Assembly (NCBI GenBank): GCA_951406725.2
Contig: OX597828.1
Span: 4,588,001 to 4,652,000 of the forward strand
Source: Octopus vulgaris
Lineage: Eukaryota
Direction: 5' to 3'
DNA length: 64,000 bases
Each line of letters begins with the position of its first letter. Within the stretch, counting starts at the first letter, position 1. A program made the position numbers and the translations under genes. A model generated the notes under the pieces. That model saw only the letters and a program-made list of their open reading frames with translations. It was not told where the DNA came from and ran no database searches. This document shows, one piece after another, positions 1-12,026 of this stretch.

Positions 1-197
1 AATATGAAAGTTACATCAAATATATTTCAAAAATATTCTGAACGAATTCTGCCGATCTTGCTGTAAAACTCGAAATTATATTAGTTTTATTTAGCAAGCG
101 AATGTTGTTTATAAAATATTTGATTTATATATATTTTTTATATATTTTCAGGATCTGCCCACAGGTTCTTCTCGTATTTACGGAAGCCATTAACATT

Positions 198-400
198 ATT
201 TTGGTTTCAAATTTTGCATAAAGCAAGCAGGTTCGTAGGGGGGGATGTATGCCGATTACATCGACCCCGATGCCCAAATTATTAACTCGGAAAGGATACG
301 ATGCAAAGTCCACCTTTGTGACATATGAACTCCGAAAGCAAAGAGGTTGAAAAAAAGACGCTCAGTACGTTTTTCGACGCGTCAACCATTTTATCAGGTC
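198..400 (-). mobile_element. Degenerate tRNA-derived SINE fragment (same family as 41195 and 59228)
   Basis: Reverse complement shares motifs with the copies at 41195 and 59228 (tttggtttcaaattttg end, gattacatcgacccc, gcaaagtc.acct). Heavily diverged. Confidence 0.4.
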
Positions 401-665
401 ATCGTTATGCTACATGTATATACAACTGCTGCATTATTACCATCTAAGTATTTCGTTTCTATAGATCAGGTGCAATAAACATTTGTAAAACCGTGTTTTG
501 GCCGGCAAAAATTTCAGAAGATTCACTTCTTTTAAGAAACCGCAACCAATAATTTTACGGTATACACACAGTAAGATAAATAGTTGAAATTTTTGAAGCG
601 TGAAATGGAATCATTCCATAATTACCCTGTACAAACAAATTAACAATCTAATGTCTTATACTCAG

Positions 666-806
666 AGAAATAGATGCAGACATTGTAGAATAGCGCCGCT
701 CAAATGTAACTGCAAATATCCCTGTGTGCAACACCCGTGTCCGTTTCCTCAGCCTTATGATTGTACAGAAAAAGAGATTTATTCATGTTATAGTCACCGA
801 ATTTAA
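666..806 (+). other. Candidate Cys-rich terminal coding exon of an unknown gene
   Basis: Branch-point-like CTAAT and acceptor tactcag (AG 664-665) precede an open frame RNRCRHCRIAPLKCNCKYPCVQHPCPFPQPYDCTEKEIYSCYSHRI* (8 Cys in 46 aa) in non-repetitive sequence. No homology recognised and no clean upstream exon. Confidence 0.2.
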
Positions 807-2389
807 ACTCTTTTGGAAGAGTTAAGTAAATGGCCAACTCAAGGCAACACTTAGATTTCGAAATGATGTTCTAACATTGATTTAGCAACGATGCCTAAAA
901 CAAACTGAAACAATATAGACTTTAGCTGTAATAGGTCCTACTTTAATTTAATATATACCGTTGAATTAAAAGGTGTCTATTTATTAATGGTCCAGCAAAT
1001 GGAAAATAATAACGTTCCGTGTTCATAACTCTATAGATCAAGTCACTATACCGATATTTCCAGATGGCTACTTGTCAGCATCATTTCCCCTCTTTCTCTC
1101 TCAACTCTTTTCCTTGTACACACAAAGCGCGCGCACATACACAGAGGCAGGCATATAAGTACAAATAGAAATACAGTTATAACATATATATCAACACAGA
1201 GACACACACAAGTTTACACACATGCACACACACACGCACACATCAATATGTGTCTATGTATATATATATATATATAATAAAGGCAGAAGAGTTCAGACAT
1301 TAATGGCGCATTTGAATAAAATATGAACGTATTTGAACATAGATCAGTTGGTTGCTACTCAGACAGATGGTTAAATTTTAATGTTGAAACACCATTTACT
1401 TCTCAAACTATCCAAGTGTTCATCATCTTATTTTCCGATTTTCAAACTTTGAATGGATGATGCGAATTTTAGGCGGTTAATAATGCAACAAAATTTATTT
1501 GTCGGTACGAAAGAAAACTGAAAATGCTTTTGTATATAACACTATGGCATATGAATAATGATGCTCAAAACTTATCTATTAAGGTACACAATTAGATATA
1601 TGAACATACCTAAATAAATAAAATACATACATGTATTTACACACATATACAATTGTATGTACATATACATACCTCACATATGTATAGAAACACAAACGCA
1701 TATATATGTATGTACAAATATGTACGAAAGCCTCTACGTATGCGTGTCTGTCTGTCTGTCTGTCTGTCTATCTGTCTGTATGTATGTATGTATGTATGTA
1801 TGTATGTTCTTTTCTGTTTTCAGTATTTTAATTCTTCCCAATAAAGATGCAAAGATCCATCGTTGGAATGTAGTTAGCGAAAACAATGTCATATTTTAAA
1901 CCCGAGAAAAGTCTTCCATACTTTTACAGTTCCGCTTAAAGCATGTATTTGTAATGTGCGAGTCAGTTGGTTGATTACGAAACCTAAGCTTATCCCGAGT
2001 TACAGTTAGACGTTTACTTACAAAACCAACTGCATCAATTATTATTGCTATGAAAGTGAATTTGTAATCCAGATATCGAAGCTGAATGTTCCGAAGAAGT
2101 GACATTCCGTCCGTCTGCCTGTCTGTATTCAGTTTATTTCATTATTCGTTATTCAATGTATTTCAAGATTTCTTGCCAATAGAGAAAGAACCGGTTTCCA
2201 ACCTAGATCCAAGGTTCCATCATTGGAATTATTTTTTTATGTATGTATGTTTGTATGTATGTATGTTTGTTTGTTTGTATGTATGTATTATGTATGTATG
2301 TTTGTTTGTATGTATGTATGTATATATGCCTGTATCTATATATGTGCAGATTTGTATGTTTCATATATTTATTCTCATGCATATATAGA

Positions 2390-3852
2390 TATGCTGATAC
2401 ATTTTATAAATGATAAACTTCTGGATAGTTTTACAGATTTTTACATTTCCAGTGATGGATTGAATCTGTAGTCTTTGAATTAGCTCTTTCCTTTCTGGAC
2501 TTGAGAAGCCTAATTTCTCAAGATTGGTATTTAGGCAGTGTGTTACCCCAATAATTATAGGTATAAACCTGAACTTGTAATATGGATAGAGTAACTGCAG
2601 ATTTCCGAATAGTTCAGTATAAGTGTTCTCTTTTTTAATGATATTCAGCTTTATGCTAACATCCGTTGGGCAGATAATTTCCACAACTCTGCACAATTTC
2701 TCTTCTCTATTCCAAATTTTTATATCAAGTCTGGTGTGCTTACCTTTTATTGAGGTTTTCACTGGTACATTCCACCAGTATTCCGTTTTATTATATGTAG
2801 CTATGGCTTCTTCCACAAGTGCGTTCTTATTTCTTTGTCCTCCGGTTATCCTTCCGACAAATTTCATTATAGAGTGCCCTAGCTACAACGTCATGTCTCA
2901 TCGGTAGATAATACCGTGATCACATTTTCGGACAACTGCTTATCATGTGGGTGATATCTTCAGTGTGAAATCCAAAAAGTTTGCATCGGCTGTCACATTT
3001 TACGGATTTCCCGCATCTCTATCCCTTTTGTGTATCAGTTACTTGGCTGATATTTCCTGTTCCTGGATTGCAAACGCGTACCATTCAAAGTGGGAGGTAT
3101 TAATCCGGCTATTCATCCATGATAACTTGCTTTGATGCTCGATGTGACTATTATCACAGAGCTTTCTACAAATATATACCATGCTCATATAGGCTCACCA
3201 GTTCATCTGATGATATGTTGCGGTAGATTCGTACGACTTGTTTGGGCATGCATTCTAGGTTGTCTCTCAATGATCTGCCTTCCAAGTCTTATGATGTTAT
3301 CAGCTTCATGCATGCAAACGGGGTAAAGGGATGCATTTCGACTCTTGTTGGTTAAAAGATGTTGCCGAAGGGATATGATGCGACATTCAAAGGCATTTTG
3401 GATCGATGTTAAGCCACTGGCGCCTTGTTAATATTTTAGGTAGAGGCGATCTACATCACTCTTTTTGTGGAAATTATGTGTGCTTGTTAGTAATTTTTGA
3501 GGTTTTCACATCAATGGCTCAGTTCTCAACAAGCGTCCAATCAAGCAGTCTAAATGTTGGTATGAGTACTGACACTGCAAACACTTTGTGAGCCACTGTT
3601 TTATAGCATGCAGAGAGTTCTGAGGTCCGAATTTTCTTTATTAGGCTGTAATATTCTTTAGTGTCACGTGTTTTGTTACAGGTGCTACTGAAATATATAT
3701 ATTTTCATCCACCCCTAGACACCTGTAACATTCCTCGTCAGATGCATAGGAAACAGTCAAATTATTGACGGAGAAGTCACTAGTCTGGTTTATAGTTTTC
3801 CCCCTTTTCACAGCCATATAACAACATTTCTCCCAACCAAACTCCAGCCTAT
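2390..3852 (-). mobile_element. 5'-truncated, degenerate R4/Dong-like non-LTR retrotransposon (RT end plus restriction-like endonuclease)
   Basis: ORF 2361-2867 reads EYWWN..KHTRLDI.IWN...C.VVEI.CP.D....KKENTY..L...L......FIPIIIG, an RLE domain. ORF 3641-3937 has LEFGWEKC...YRCLG, matching the RT C-terminal G..F...KC/YKYLG motifs. Many frameshifts. Confidence 0.8.
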
Positions 3853-4459
3853 ATCTTTTGTATGTATGTATGTATGTAGGTAGGTATGTATGTATAATTT
3901 CAGTGTGATATATGGAAGACATAGCAATCTCGGACACCTGGTCCGCTAATAATTGAACCCTCTCTAAAATAGTTATGTTATTGTACTTGCATCAAAAGGA
4001 ATAATTACTTACCGTTTATCCAGTAAAGTGTTTGCTTTTGATAGCTGAAGGTGATCACAGCTTTTTTTGGAATAAAAGCCGGTGAGGCAATGCAATCTAT
4101 GTCTGATTGTCACAACGATGTGATAATCTATTATAGAAACTTTACGATATGCACCTGCCAACTGAAAGTTATTACGTCAGAGATCCTTTATTGCATGCAA
4201 CCGTAGACAGTTCCTAGCCGTTTACAATAGTGATAACGTATACAACCTCATCCCTCTTCCATATTGCATAAATTATTTTGTCTGATTAAGGTGATGGATG
4301 GAATATCTATAACCATTGTTATTTCTTCTCAGTTTTGGTACCCCCATTCCCATGTACATGCATACATTTGTATGAATATGTTTGCATAAATGTATATAAA
4401 TATATGTATTTCTATACGCCATTATAGGAATATGTATACGTATACATATATATGAATGC

Positions 4460-4497
<38 letters not shown>

Positions 4498-5779
4498 GAC
4501 GTCAGCTATATACGGTTATGTATACATATACATGACTACAAAAATGTATTCGAAGGTCTGTCTAAGTTGTCTATTTTGTGCGTTTGTATGTACATCTATT
4601 CTGATAGTTGCTGGTTGCGTGCTTATAGTATTAGTAGAATTTATCTTATGTGATTGGAGATGTGATTGTACCTACTTTTGTGTCAGATATGTATAGAAAT
4701 TGTGTATTACGTTATATTTAGATATTTTCTATATGCTTGGCAATATAAACACATCATTATATATCCTCATATCTGCCAAGAGAAAAGTTCACAAACGATT
4801 TTGAATAGTATGTATTTATATATTCAAGTTTATACGAAGGCCTGTGGAGCATTTTGGTTTGTATTGAATATCGCTGAACAGTTGTTTCAGGAAATGGTAA
4901 GGACCTGAGGTGACGGATTGTCTAATTAAAACAGATTCCTGTTGCTAGACGTATCAAATAAACGTGATATGATTTCTAATCATGCATCTGAATATCAAAC
5001 TGAAGAATTTCAACCAAGCACACACGGTCAGCAGGAATATATATCATTCGCGTAAACAAGAATACTGTCTCGTCATTTAAATTTGTAACACGCATCAATG
5101 GATCAACAAGATTCCCACTAAATCGCAGTAATATCTAACAGAAACAAGGTAATGAAATGGAAACGATCTATAAGTATGACGTCTGCACAATCGTTTTAAG
5201 TTTAGAGCTATTCAAGGAAATAGTCACTCCGAAGATTCTGGTACATAATGGTACATACTTGCTTGGCGTTCTTTGGCAATTTTGGGTCTTTAATAGGAGT
5301 CGATCTCAGTATGGCAAATTATCCAGCCATATAGTCATCAAATTTCTTTCAATAATGAACTCAATACACAATATCATCACAATTCAAACAAACATATATA
5401 TTGACTTACTCCATAAAAGTCAACAACGTTCATGAAGCATCTCTCAATTTTTCTTTACTTTAAAAGCATAAATACAAAATACAAAACAACATGCGCACGC
5501 GCATACATATATAAATATTTATATATATGTGTGTGCGTATATCTATATGTATGTATGCACCTCTATATGCACATAGATATATGTTTAAGTATATGATCAT
5601 ATGTACTTATGTATGTATGTATATATATATATACGTATATATGCATGTATGAGCATGTGTGTAGATATATGTATGTGTTGTTTATGTATATGTGTGTAAA
5701 AGAAGATTAAAAAATAAAAAAATATTAAAAAAGGAAATTTTAATTTTAACCGTTATCCGCGAAAACAGTGACATATATA

Positions 5780-5839
<60 letters not shown>

Positions 5840-6263
5840 TATATATATATATATGTATATATATATATGTATATGTGTATATACAAACTTCAACAAAATA
5901 ACAAAATATATATATATATATATATATGTACATATATATATATGTATATATATATATATATGTATATGTGTATATACAAACTTCAACAAAATAACAGTGA
6001 TGTAGACATGTTGGACAGACACGTATCAGTATATAAACATACGTTCACATGTACACACACACGGACACGTCTACACACCTAAATACTCACATGCATACAT
6101 AAGTACATACGTACATACTTACATATATACATACCTACATGCGTATAGTCACGCACACTTGCATACGCATGTACACATATGCATACGCACATACATGTAC
6201 ACATATACATATATATATACATACGTTCATATATATATATCATGAACTAACTGCTACTTTCTC

Positions 6264-6471
6264 AGATGCAGCACTGAAGTTTATCACTGAACAGTTCGCG
6301 GTGTCAAAGCGACGAAAATATTTTGGCAAATTAAGTTTAAATGTTGAAGTGAATCTAACGGTTTTTGTGTTTTTTAAATAGCTTATAAACACCTTCCACG
6401 GCTGCCATTGTTTTCGTTCCAATACACGATCTCAGATCAGGTCACTTGCTATGCAAGTACATCAACGTAAT
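6264..6471 (+). mobile_element. Non-coding hammerhead-bearing repeat family A, copy 1
   Basis: Colinear with 6660-6783 and 19781-19990 and bounded by TA-rich tracts. The core here is CTGAACA (6287-6293), a C3/C8 mismatch, so it is probably inactive. Confidence 0.75.
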
Positions 6472-6484
6472 ATATACATATATA

Positions 6485-6626
6485 TATGGCTGTGTGGTAA
6501 GAAATGGTTCGGGCTCATTTCACGGTTCATAGCATATTGGGTAAATGTCCTCTCCACTATATCCTTAGGTAAACGAAAGCCTTGTAGGTGGATTTAGTTG
6601 ATGGGAACTGAAAGTAGCTCGTCCTG

Positions 6627-6628
<2 letters not shown>
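6485..6628 (+). mobile_element. 5' half of tRNA-derived SINE (family of 34982-35388)
   Basis: tggctgtgtggtaag A-box head and gccttgtaggtggattt...aactgaaag..gctcgtc body, followed by the internal (TA)n tract. Confidence 0.65.
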
Positions 6629-6659
<31 letters not shown>

Positions 6660-6662
<3 letters not shown>

Positions 6663-6783
6663 TGCAGCACGGATTTTTGTCAGTGAACAGATCGCGGATT
6701 TTAGCGACGAAAATATTTTGACAAATTAAACTTAAATGTTGAAGTGAATCGAACGGCTTTTGTGTGTTTCTTAAATGGCTTAC
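6660..6783 (+). mobile_element. Hammerhead repeat family A, copy 2 (partial), in the (TA)n tract of a SINE
   Basis: Near-identical to 19783-19902 and begins right after (TA)n. Confidence 0.75.
6676..6725 (+). ncRNA. Type I minimal hammerhead ribozyme, G3-C8 core variant
   Basis: Stem I tttgtca/tgacaaa; core GTGAACA (6683-6689); stem II g(a)tcgc/gcgac; GAAA (6709-6712); palindromic stem III AATATT; predicted cleavage after UUU at 6718. Confidence 0.65.
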
Positions 6784-7722
6784 ACTGATACGTATGTATG
6801 CATATGTGTGTGCATGTGCATATACATGTTTATGTGTTCCGTGTGTGACTGCAAATGTTTATATTGGTGTGAGTGCCTATTTGTGTCCACTCTTGCTTAT
6901 AGTCATCAATCTCAAATATCTTTCGGCTGGATTAAAATTATCTTAAGAACGCCATTAACGCAATGCTGTTGAAGGGGAGGTGTTAAAATGAAGTATAAGC
7001 TATCCTCAATATAAATCATGTCAGACTGCATAAAATAAACAAGAATACTAGATCACGCGCGTAGAACCTGATGCTATCTTAAGGACTAAGTCCTGCTGGC
7101 GTATCATAGAGTACAATGAAGTAATTGACGTGCAATGATATTTGACAGGTACATGTCACATGTCAGGTAGAATTATTAAAACATTAATCAAAGAGGGACA
7201 AGATAATCTTTTCACGTAATTGAAAACTATATTTGATTAAACATAGATGCAGAAAACAAGAGAGACATAGTTTTAGGAGCACTATATGTGAGTACTTTTC
7301 ATTCTTTCGATCAATCAGTAATCTTCTTTGGAAATACCACACACTAGCACATGTACATGGACACACACCGATAGACAAACGCAAAGCTATATTGTGCATG
7401 CATATGCGGGAGTGAGTGTGTGGGTACCTCTAAAATAAGCAGTTCTGGAATAATTACGTACAAATAATATGAATCACCCAGCGTAGATGATATAATGCAT
7501 ATATCCATATATCCATATAGCTATATGCTTTTTGCATATGTTACCGTATATTTAGCTCTAAGTACTTTCATAACCATACAAATACATACAATTCTGATGT
7601 AAGTATTCATAGATTATTAATCATATATGTGGGATGTTACATGATTCGAAGCTTTGTACTTATATAAGTTATACAGAATATATATATATCAGCTAGACAG
7701 GGCCCTCTCTGCAATCTATATA

Positions 7723-8052
7723 AAAAAAAAAGACTCCGCCGGTTACGACGACGAGGGTCCCAGCTGATACGATCAACGAAACAGCCTGCTCGTGAAATTA
7801 ACGTGCAAATGGCTGAGCATTCCACAGGCACGTGTACCCTTAACGTAGTTCTCGGGGATAATCAGCGTGACACAGAGAGTGACAAGGCTGACCCTTTGAA
7901 ATACAAGTACAACTCATTTTTGCCAGCTGAGTGGACTGGAGCAACATGAAATAAAGTGTCTTGCTCAAGGACACAACGCATCGCCGGGAATCGAACTCAC
8001 AACCTTACGATCATGAGCCGAATGCCCTAACCACTAAGCCACGCGCCCTCAC
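7723..8052 (-). mobile_element. Full-length tRNA-derived SINE with 12-bp target-site duplication
   Basis: Minus-strand head has A box TGGCTTAGTGG and B box GTTCGATTCC, and the element ends in a T-run. TSD gcaatctatata at 7711-7722 and 8053-8064. Confidence 0.92.
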
Positions 8053-8420
8053 GCAATCTATATACATGGAACTTAAACCAACATTGTTGTCAATCTCGCT
8101 AATTTTGTGCCGATGTTGTAAGTAAAATCACGATCTGAGTGTTATGCACAGCAACAAAAAATGCATGTAGCAAAATCTATATTTGTAATGCAATGATTAA
8201 AATGAAACTCATACAGGACTGAAGAACACAGCTAATTAAATTTTAATTAGAATTTGCACTCGCTGTCGCATACTTTACCTTACATTTTGCTAACATGCAG
8301 AACACGCATAGTTGATGATTTTCTCGTATCTAAGTTAGGATTTGAATTTCTTAGTTCTCTATGACAATTTATCATTTAGTATGTGTTATCAATACAAGTT
8401 TTGGTAGATTCTAAGGTATA

Positions 8421-8427
8421 TCTACCA

Positions 8428-8510
<83 letters not shown>
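8421..8510. repeat. (CTAT)n microsatellite
   Basis: Direct reading. Similar tracts at about 8990-9135 and 37040-37123. Confidence 0.95.
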
Positions 8511-8512
<2 letters not shown>

Positions 8513-8991
8513 GTTTAAGATGGGTGAATGTAGCAAGGATGTCACGTATGAATGACGAAGCCACCTTGAGCATAATCCTATGAACCCAGAAATTGAAAAC
8601 AGAGGGTTACCCACTTGCACACAAATGTGGTAACATATAACAATATTGACCGAGGTTACCGTGGTCTTTTTCGTAGGCTTTTATTCCCACGGATAAACCT
8701 TATCTGCTTCCCCCTTTACACCGTACATCATGACACTGTGATACACGATCCCTATTGATCGTTTTTTTCCTCTTCCCTTTTTCCTCTTTTTTCTTCTTTT
8801 TTCTTTTTTCTTTTCTTTTGCTTCTTTTCCTCTTTTTCTTTTTTTCCTTTTACGATCTCTTTTGATCGAAAACCTACGCCACTTTTTTTTTCATCCGCCA
8901 AAAGAAAAGCACTACCTTGTAATTTGTCCCATCTGTGTGCAGCCCTGTGTGGCCAATAAAGAAACTTATCTGTCTGTCTGTCCATCCATCC

Positions 8992-9068
<77 letters not shown>

Positions 9069-9363
9069 CCTATCTACCTATCTATCTATTTATCTATCTA
9101 TCTACCTATCTATCTATCTATCTATCTATCTCTATCTCATTCTTTCTATCTATATGTATGTATGTGTGCATATATAAAAGAATGTATATATAAATACATA
9201 CGCACACACATACACACATACGTGCCTACCTACCTTCCTTCCCCCTCCTTTACGCCCTACGTACGTGCGTACTTACGTACCTACCTACTTACATACATAC
9301 ATACCTACATACCTACACATATACAGGTTTTTTTTTATATAATCTTTTGTCTTGTTTCAGTTC

Positions 9364-9635
9364 TGTTGAGGCACGAGTACGACAACGTCTGACGATAATA
9401 GACTAGACCACTACATACAAATTGTAGCGGTCTTACATAGTCGGCAGTTCGTAGTTTTGTCTTCGAAGTGCAGGTACAGTGTACAGTTCGAGGAAAAATT
9501 GATTTTTGTTTCGTTACATGGTTGCTACTGCCGCTGTTTGTATTTTGTATTGTTATAACACTACTAGAGTGCATTATTCATCTATCGTCAACAATATCAA
9601 CCGTACTATGATATTGGAGGTATAAGGACATAACA
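9364..9635 (+). repeat. Gypsy 5' LTR
   Basis: TGTT...AACA termini, followed by a PBS, and similar to 13259-13465. Confidence 0.85.
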
Positions 9636-9637
9636 TC

Positions 9638-9649
9638 TGGCGACGAGGA
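9638..9649 (+). promoter_or_regulatory. Primer-binding site complementary to the tRNA-Ser(GCT) 3' end
   Basis: TGGCGACGAGGA lies 2 nt after the LTR and is the reverse complement of UCCUCGUCGCCA, the 3' end of metazoan tRNA-Ser(GCU). Confidence 0.8.
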
Positions 9650-11458
9650 CTTTTCGAAGCTCACGTAGGCTATTTGGCAATTTGTGCATCATATAAGTTG
9701 TCAAATTATGGAGAAGCTATTAGCTGCAGTAATGCAGCTTCAAGATAAGCAACGGGGAGAAGTACAGGAGTTGCAGAAGTAAATATTACAACAATTAAAT
9801 GAATGACAGTCAAGGAAGTTCTAAAATTTGGTAATTTCCTTTACGTCAGACGGTGTGGCAAACTCGATTTCTGAATTCACTTATAATCCGGAGGAGGGTT
9901 CTACGTTTCCTACGTGTTAAAGAAGGTGTTAGGAAAATTTTAACAAAGATTGCAAGTCATGGTCGGATGAGGGGACAGTGAAGCTATTACTATGCACGGT
10001 AGCTCCGACCGAGCATAAACGCTACTGTAACTTTATAATGTCCCAAAAGTCGAGTGAGATTTGTTTCCAAGAAACTATTGAATTATTCTCTAAGATCTTT
10101 TGTGACAAAAATTCCCTTATGTAACACTCAAATAGAATGTTGGAACTTAACAAAAAGTTACGACAATGACTTTACTACATACACCGAATTAGTCAACCAA
10201 ATGTGTGAAAAGTTTGAACTTCAGCAACTCACTCAGGATATGTTTAAATCTTTTCTCTTCGTACAAAGCCTTACGTCTATCGAAGGTAGAGTAATTCGGG
10301 CAAGGATTCTCTCAAAAATGGAGAAACGAACCAAGGCTTAACCGTACAGACCATTACAGGGGAATGTAAACTGGTAAAACTGAAACATGACGGGAAAACA
10401 ATCTAGAGCAATATTTCGCAAAAATACAGATATGTCGACCCGGAAAGTACAAGCAAAAATGAGTGCCAGACCCTAATCCATGTTACGAATGTGGAGGCCT
10501 ACACTTCAGAAAAGAATGCCCGTTTAAAAACCGAAATTGCTATAGTCGTCAGAAACTTGGTCCCAAGAGCTCACACTGCAGGGTTAAGTTTACGAGGGTC
10601 GAACGCAAAATGTTCGAAGGTATTTTCAGCCGAATGTGACTACGACAAGAAAAAAAGAAAAAAAAAGGAAAAAAGAAAATACGTACTCGTAAAAATAAAT
10701 GGTGTAAATATCAAACTACAATTATAAATGCGGATTACGTAAATCAGCCAAAATTGCGCGTGGCGTGACCGGCGATAAATTACATTTCATGGGTGAAATG
10801 TGTACAGGTGTCACATTTCGAGGAGAAAAATGCGAAGCAAAAGTATTCATTCCTTATGGAGAATACACTCAATCTGTGTGGTACAGGTTGGTTGCAGTTA
10901 TTTGACTTATAGCACTCCCTCATAAGTCTCTAGTGCAAAAGTATAAATGGTTATCCCGTTAAGAATACATCGTCTGAGGAATTGAAGAGAAAACTGCGAA
11001 AGATGTTTCTTCAAATATTATCGGAGGACTTAAGTCTATGCAAACAGACTGAAGCCTGTTTTCAAGTGGGTAAAAACGCCATGTCCGTATTTATATCTAA
11101 CAAAAAAGTACTGTGCGCAACAACTGAAATCGTAAAGGAAGAGTTGGACAGACTGGAAAAGAGTGGTATCATTAAGTAGTGGCTTATTCTATGTGGGCGG
11201 CACACACGATGTGCATTAAGAAGGAAAATAATAAGATTAGGCTGTGTGCCGATGTCTCTACAGGATTGAACGACTGCTTAAAGACATGTCACCATCCACT
11301 CCCGACTCCAGAGGACATTTTCGCAAAATTAAATGGTGGAGAGAATTTCCTCTTAAGTGGATCTGTCTCGCGCTTATTTACAGATTAAAGCAAATGACAA
11401 ATTCTCAAAGTATCTGACAATAAATACATATAGAGGATTGTACAGATATATCCGGTTG

Positions 11459-11800
11459 TACAGTTCTATATTTAAGTGATGAGGAATTATGTACATTATT
11501 TACATTATTTACATTTGACGGATATTTGTCATCATATTGTTTGTTGTTAACACAACGTTTCGGCTGATATATCCTCCAGCTTCATGAGGTGCCTTGGGGA
11601 AATTTTGAACCTGGGTTCTCGATGTTGTTGTTGTTGTTGTTATTATTATTATTATTCAGGTCGCTGCCTAGAATCGAAATCTTAACCACTACACCATATG
11701 CCCATGGGCATATGGTGTAGTGGTTAAGAGCGCGGGCTACTAACCCCAAGATTCAGAGTCGGTTCCAAGCAGCGACCAGAATAGTAATGATAATAATAAT

Positions 11801-11868
<68 letters not shown>

Positions 11869-12026
11869 TGAGAACCAAGGTTCGAAATTTGCCCAAGACA
11901 CCTGAAGAAGGCTGGAGGGTATATCAGCCGAAACTTTGTGTTAACAAAAAAGAGGACAAATATCCATCAATTGTAAATAATGTAAATAATGTACATAATT
12001 CCTCATCTCTTAAATATAGAACAGTA
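11459..12026. mobile_element. Head-to-head foldback element: tRNA-like head + (AAT)n + hammerhead tail, inserted in Gypsy pol
   Basis: Symmetry centre at 11704/11705 (tatgccca|tgggcata). Terminal arms are reverse complements (tacagttctatatttaag / cttaaatatagaacagta). The right unit has A box TGGTGTAGTGG, a degenerate B box, (AAT)n and a hammerhead. Confidence 0.85.
11897..11942 (+). ncRNA. Type I minimal hammerhead ribozyme (mirror copy at 11549-11593, minus strand)
   Basis: Stem I gacac/gtgtt; CTGAAGA (11902-11908); stem II ggctg/cagcc; GAAA (11930-11933). The mirror copy keeps palindromic stem III AACGTT but has core CTCATGA. The two-arm consensus is canonical. Confidence 0.75.

Noticed and set aside
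7975-8052. tRNA-like sequences here and at 11706, 25967 and 35320
   Set aside because: A and B boxes are present, but they continue into repeat bodies and no complete cloverleaf is evident. They are SINE heads, not tRNA genes.
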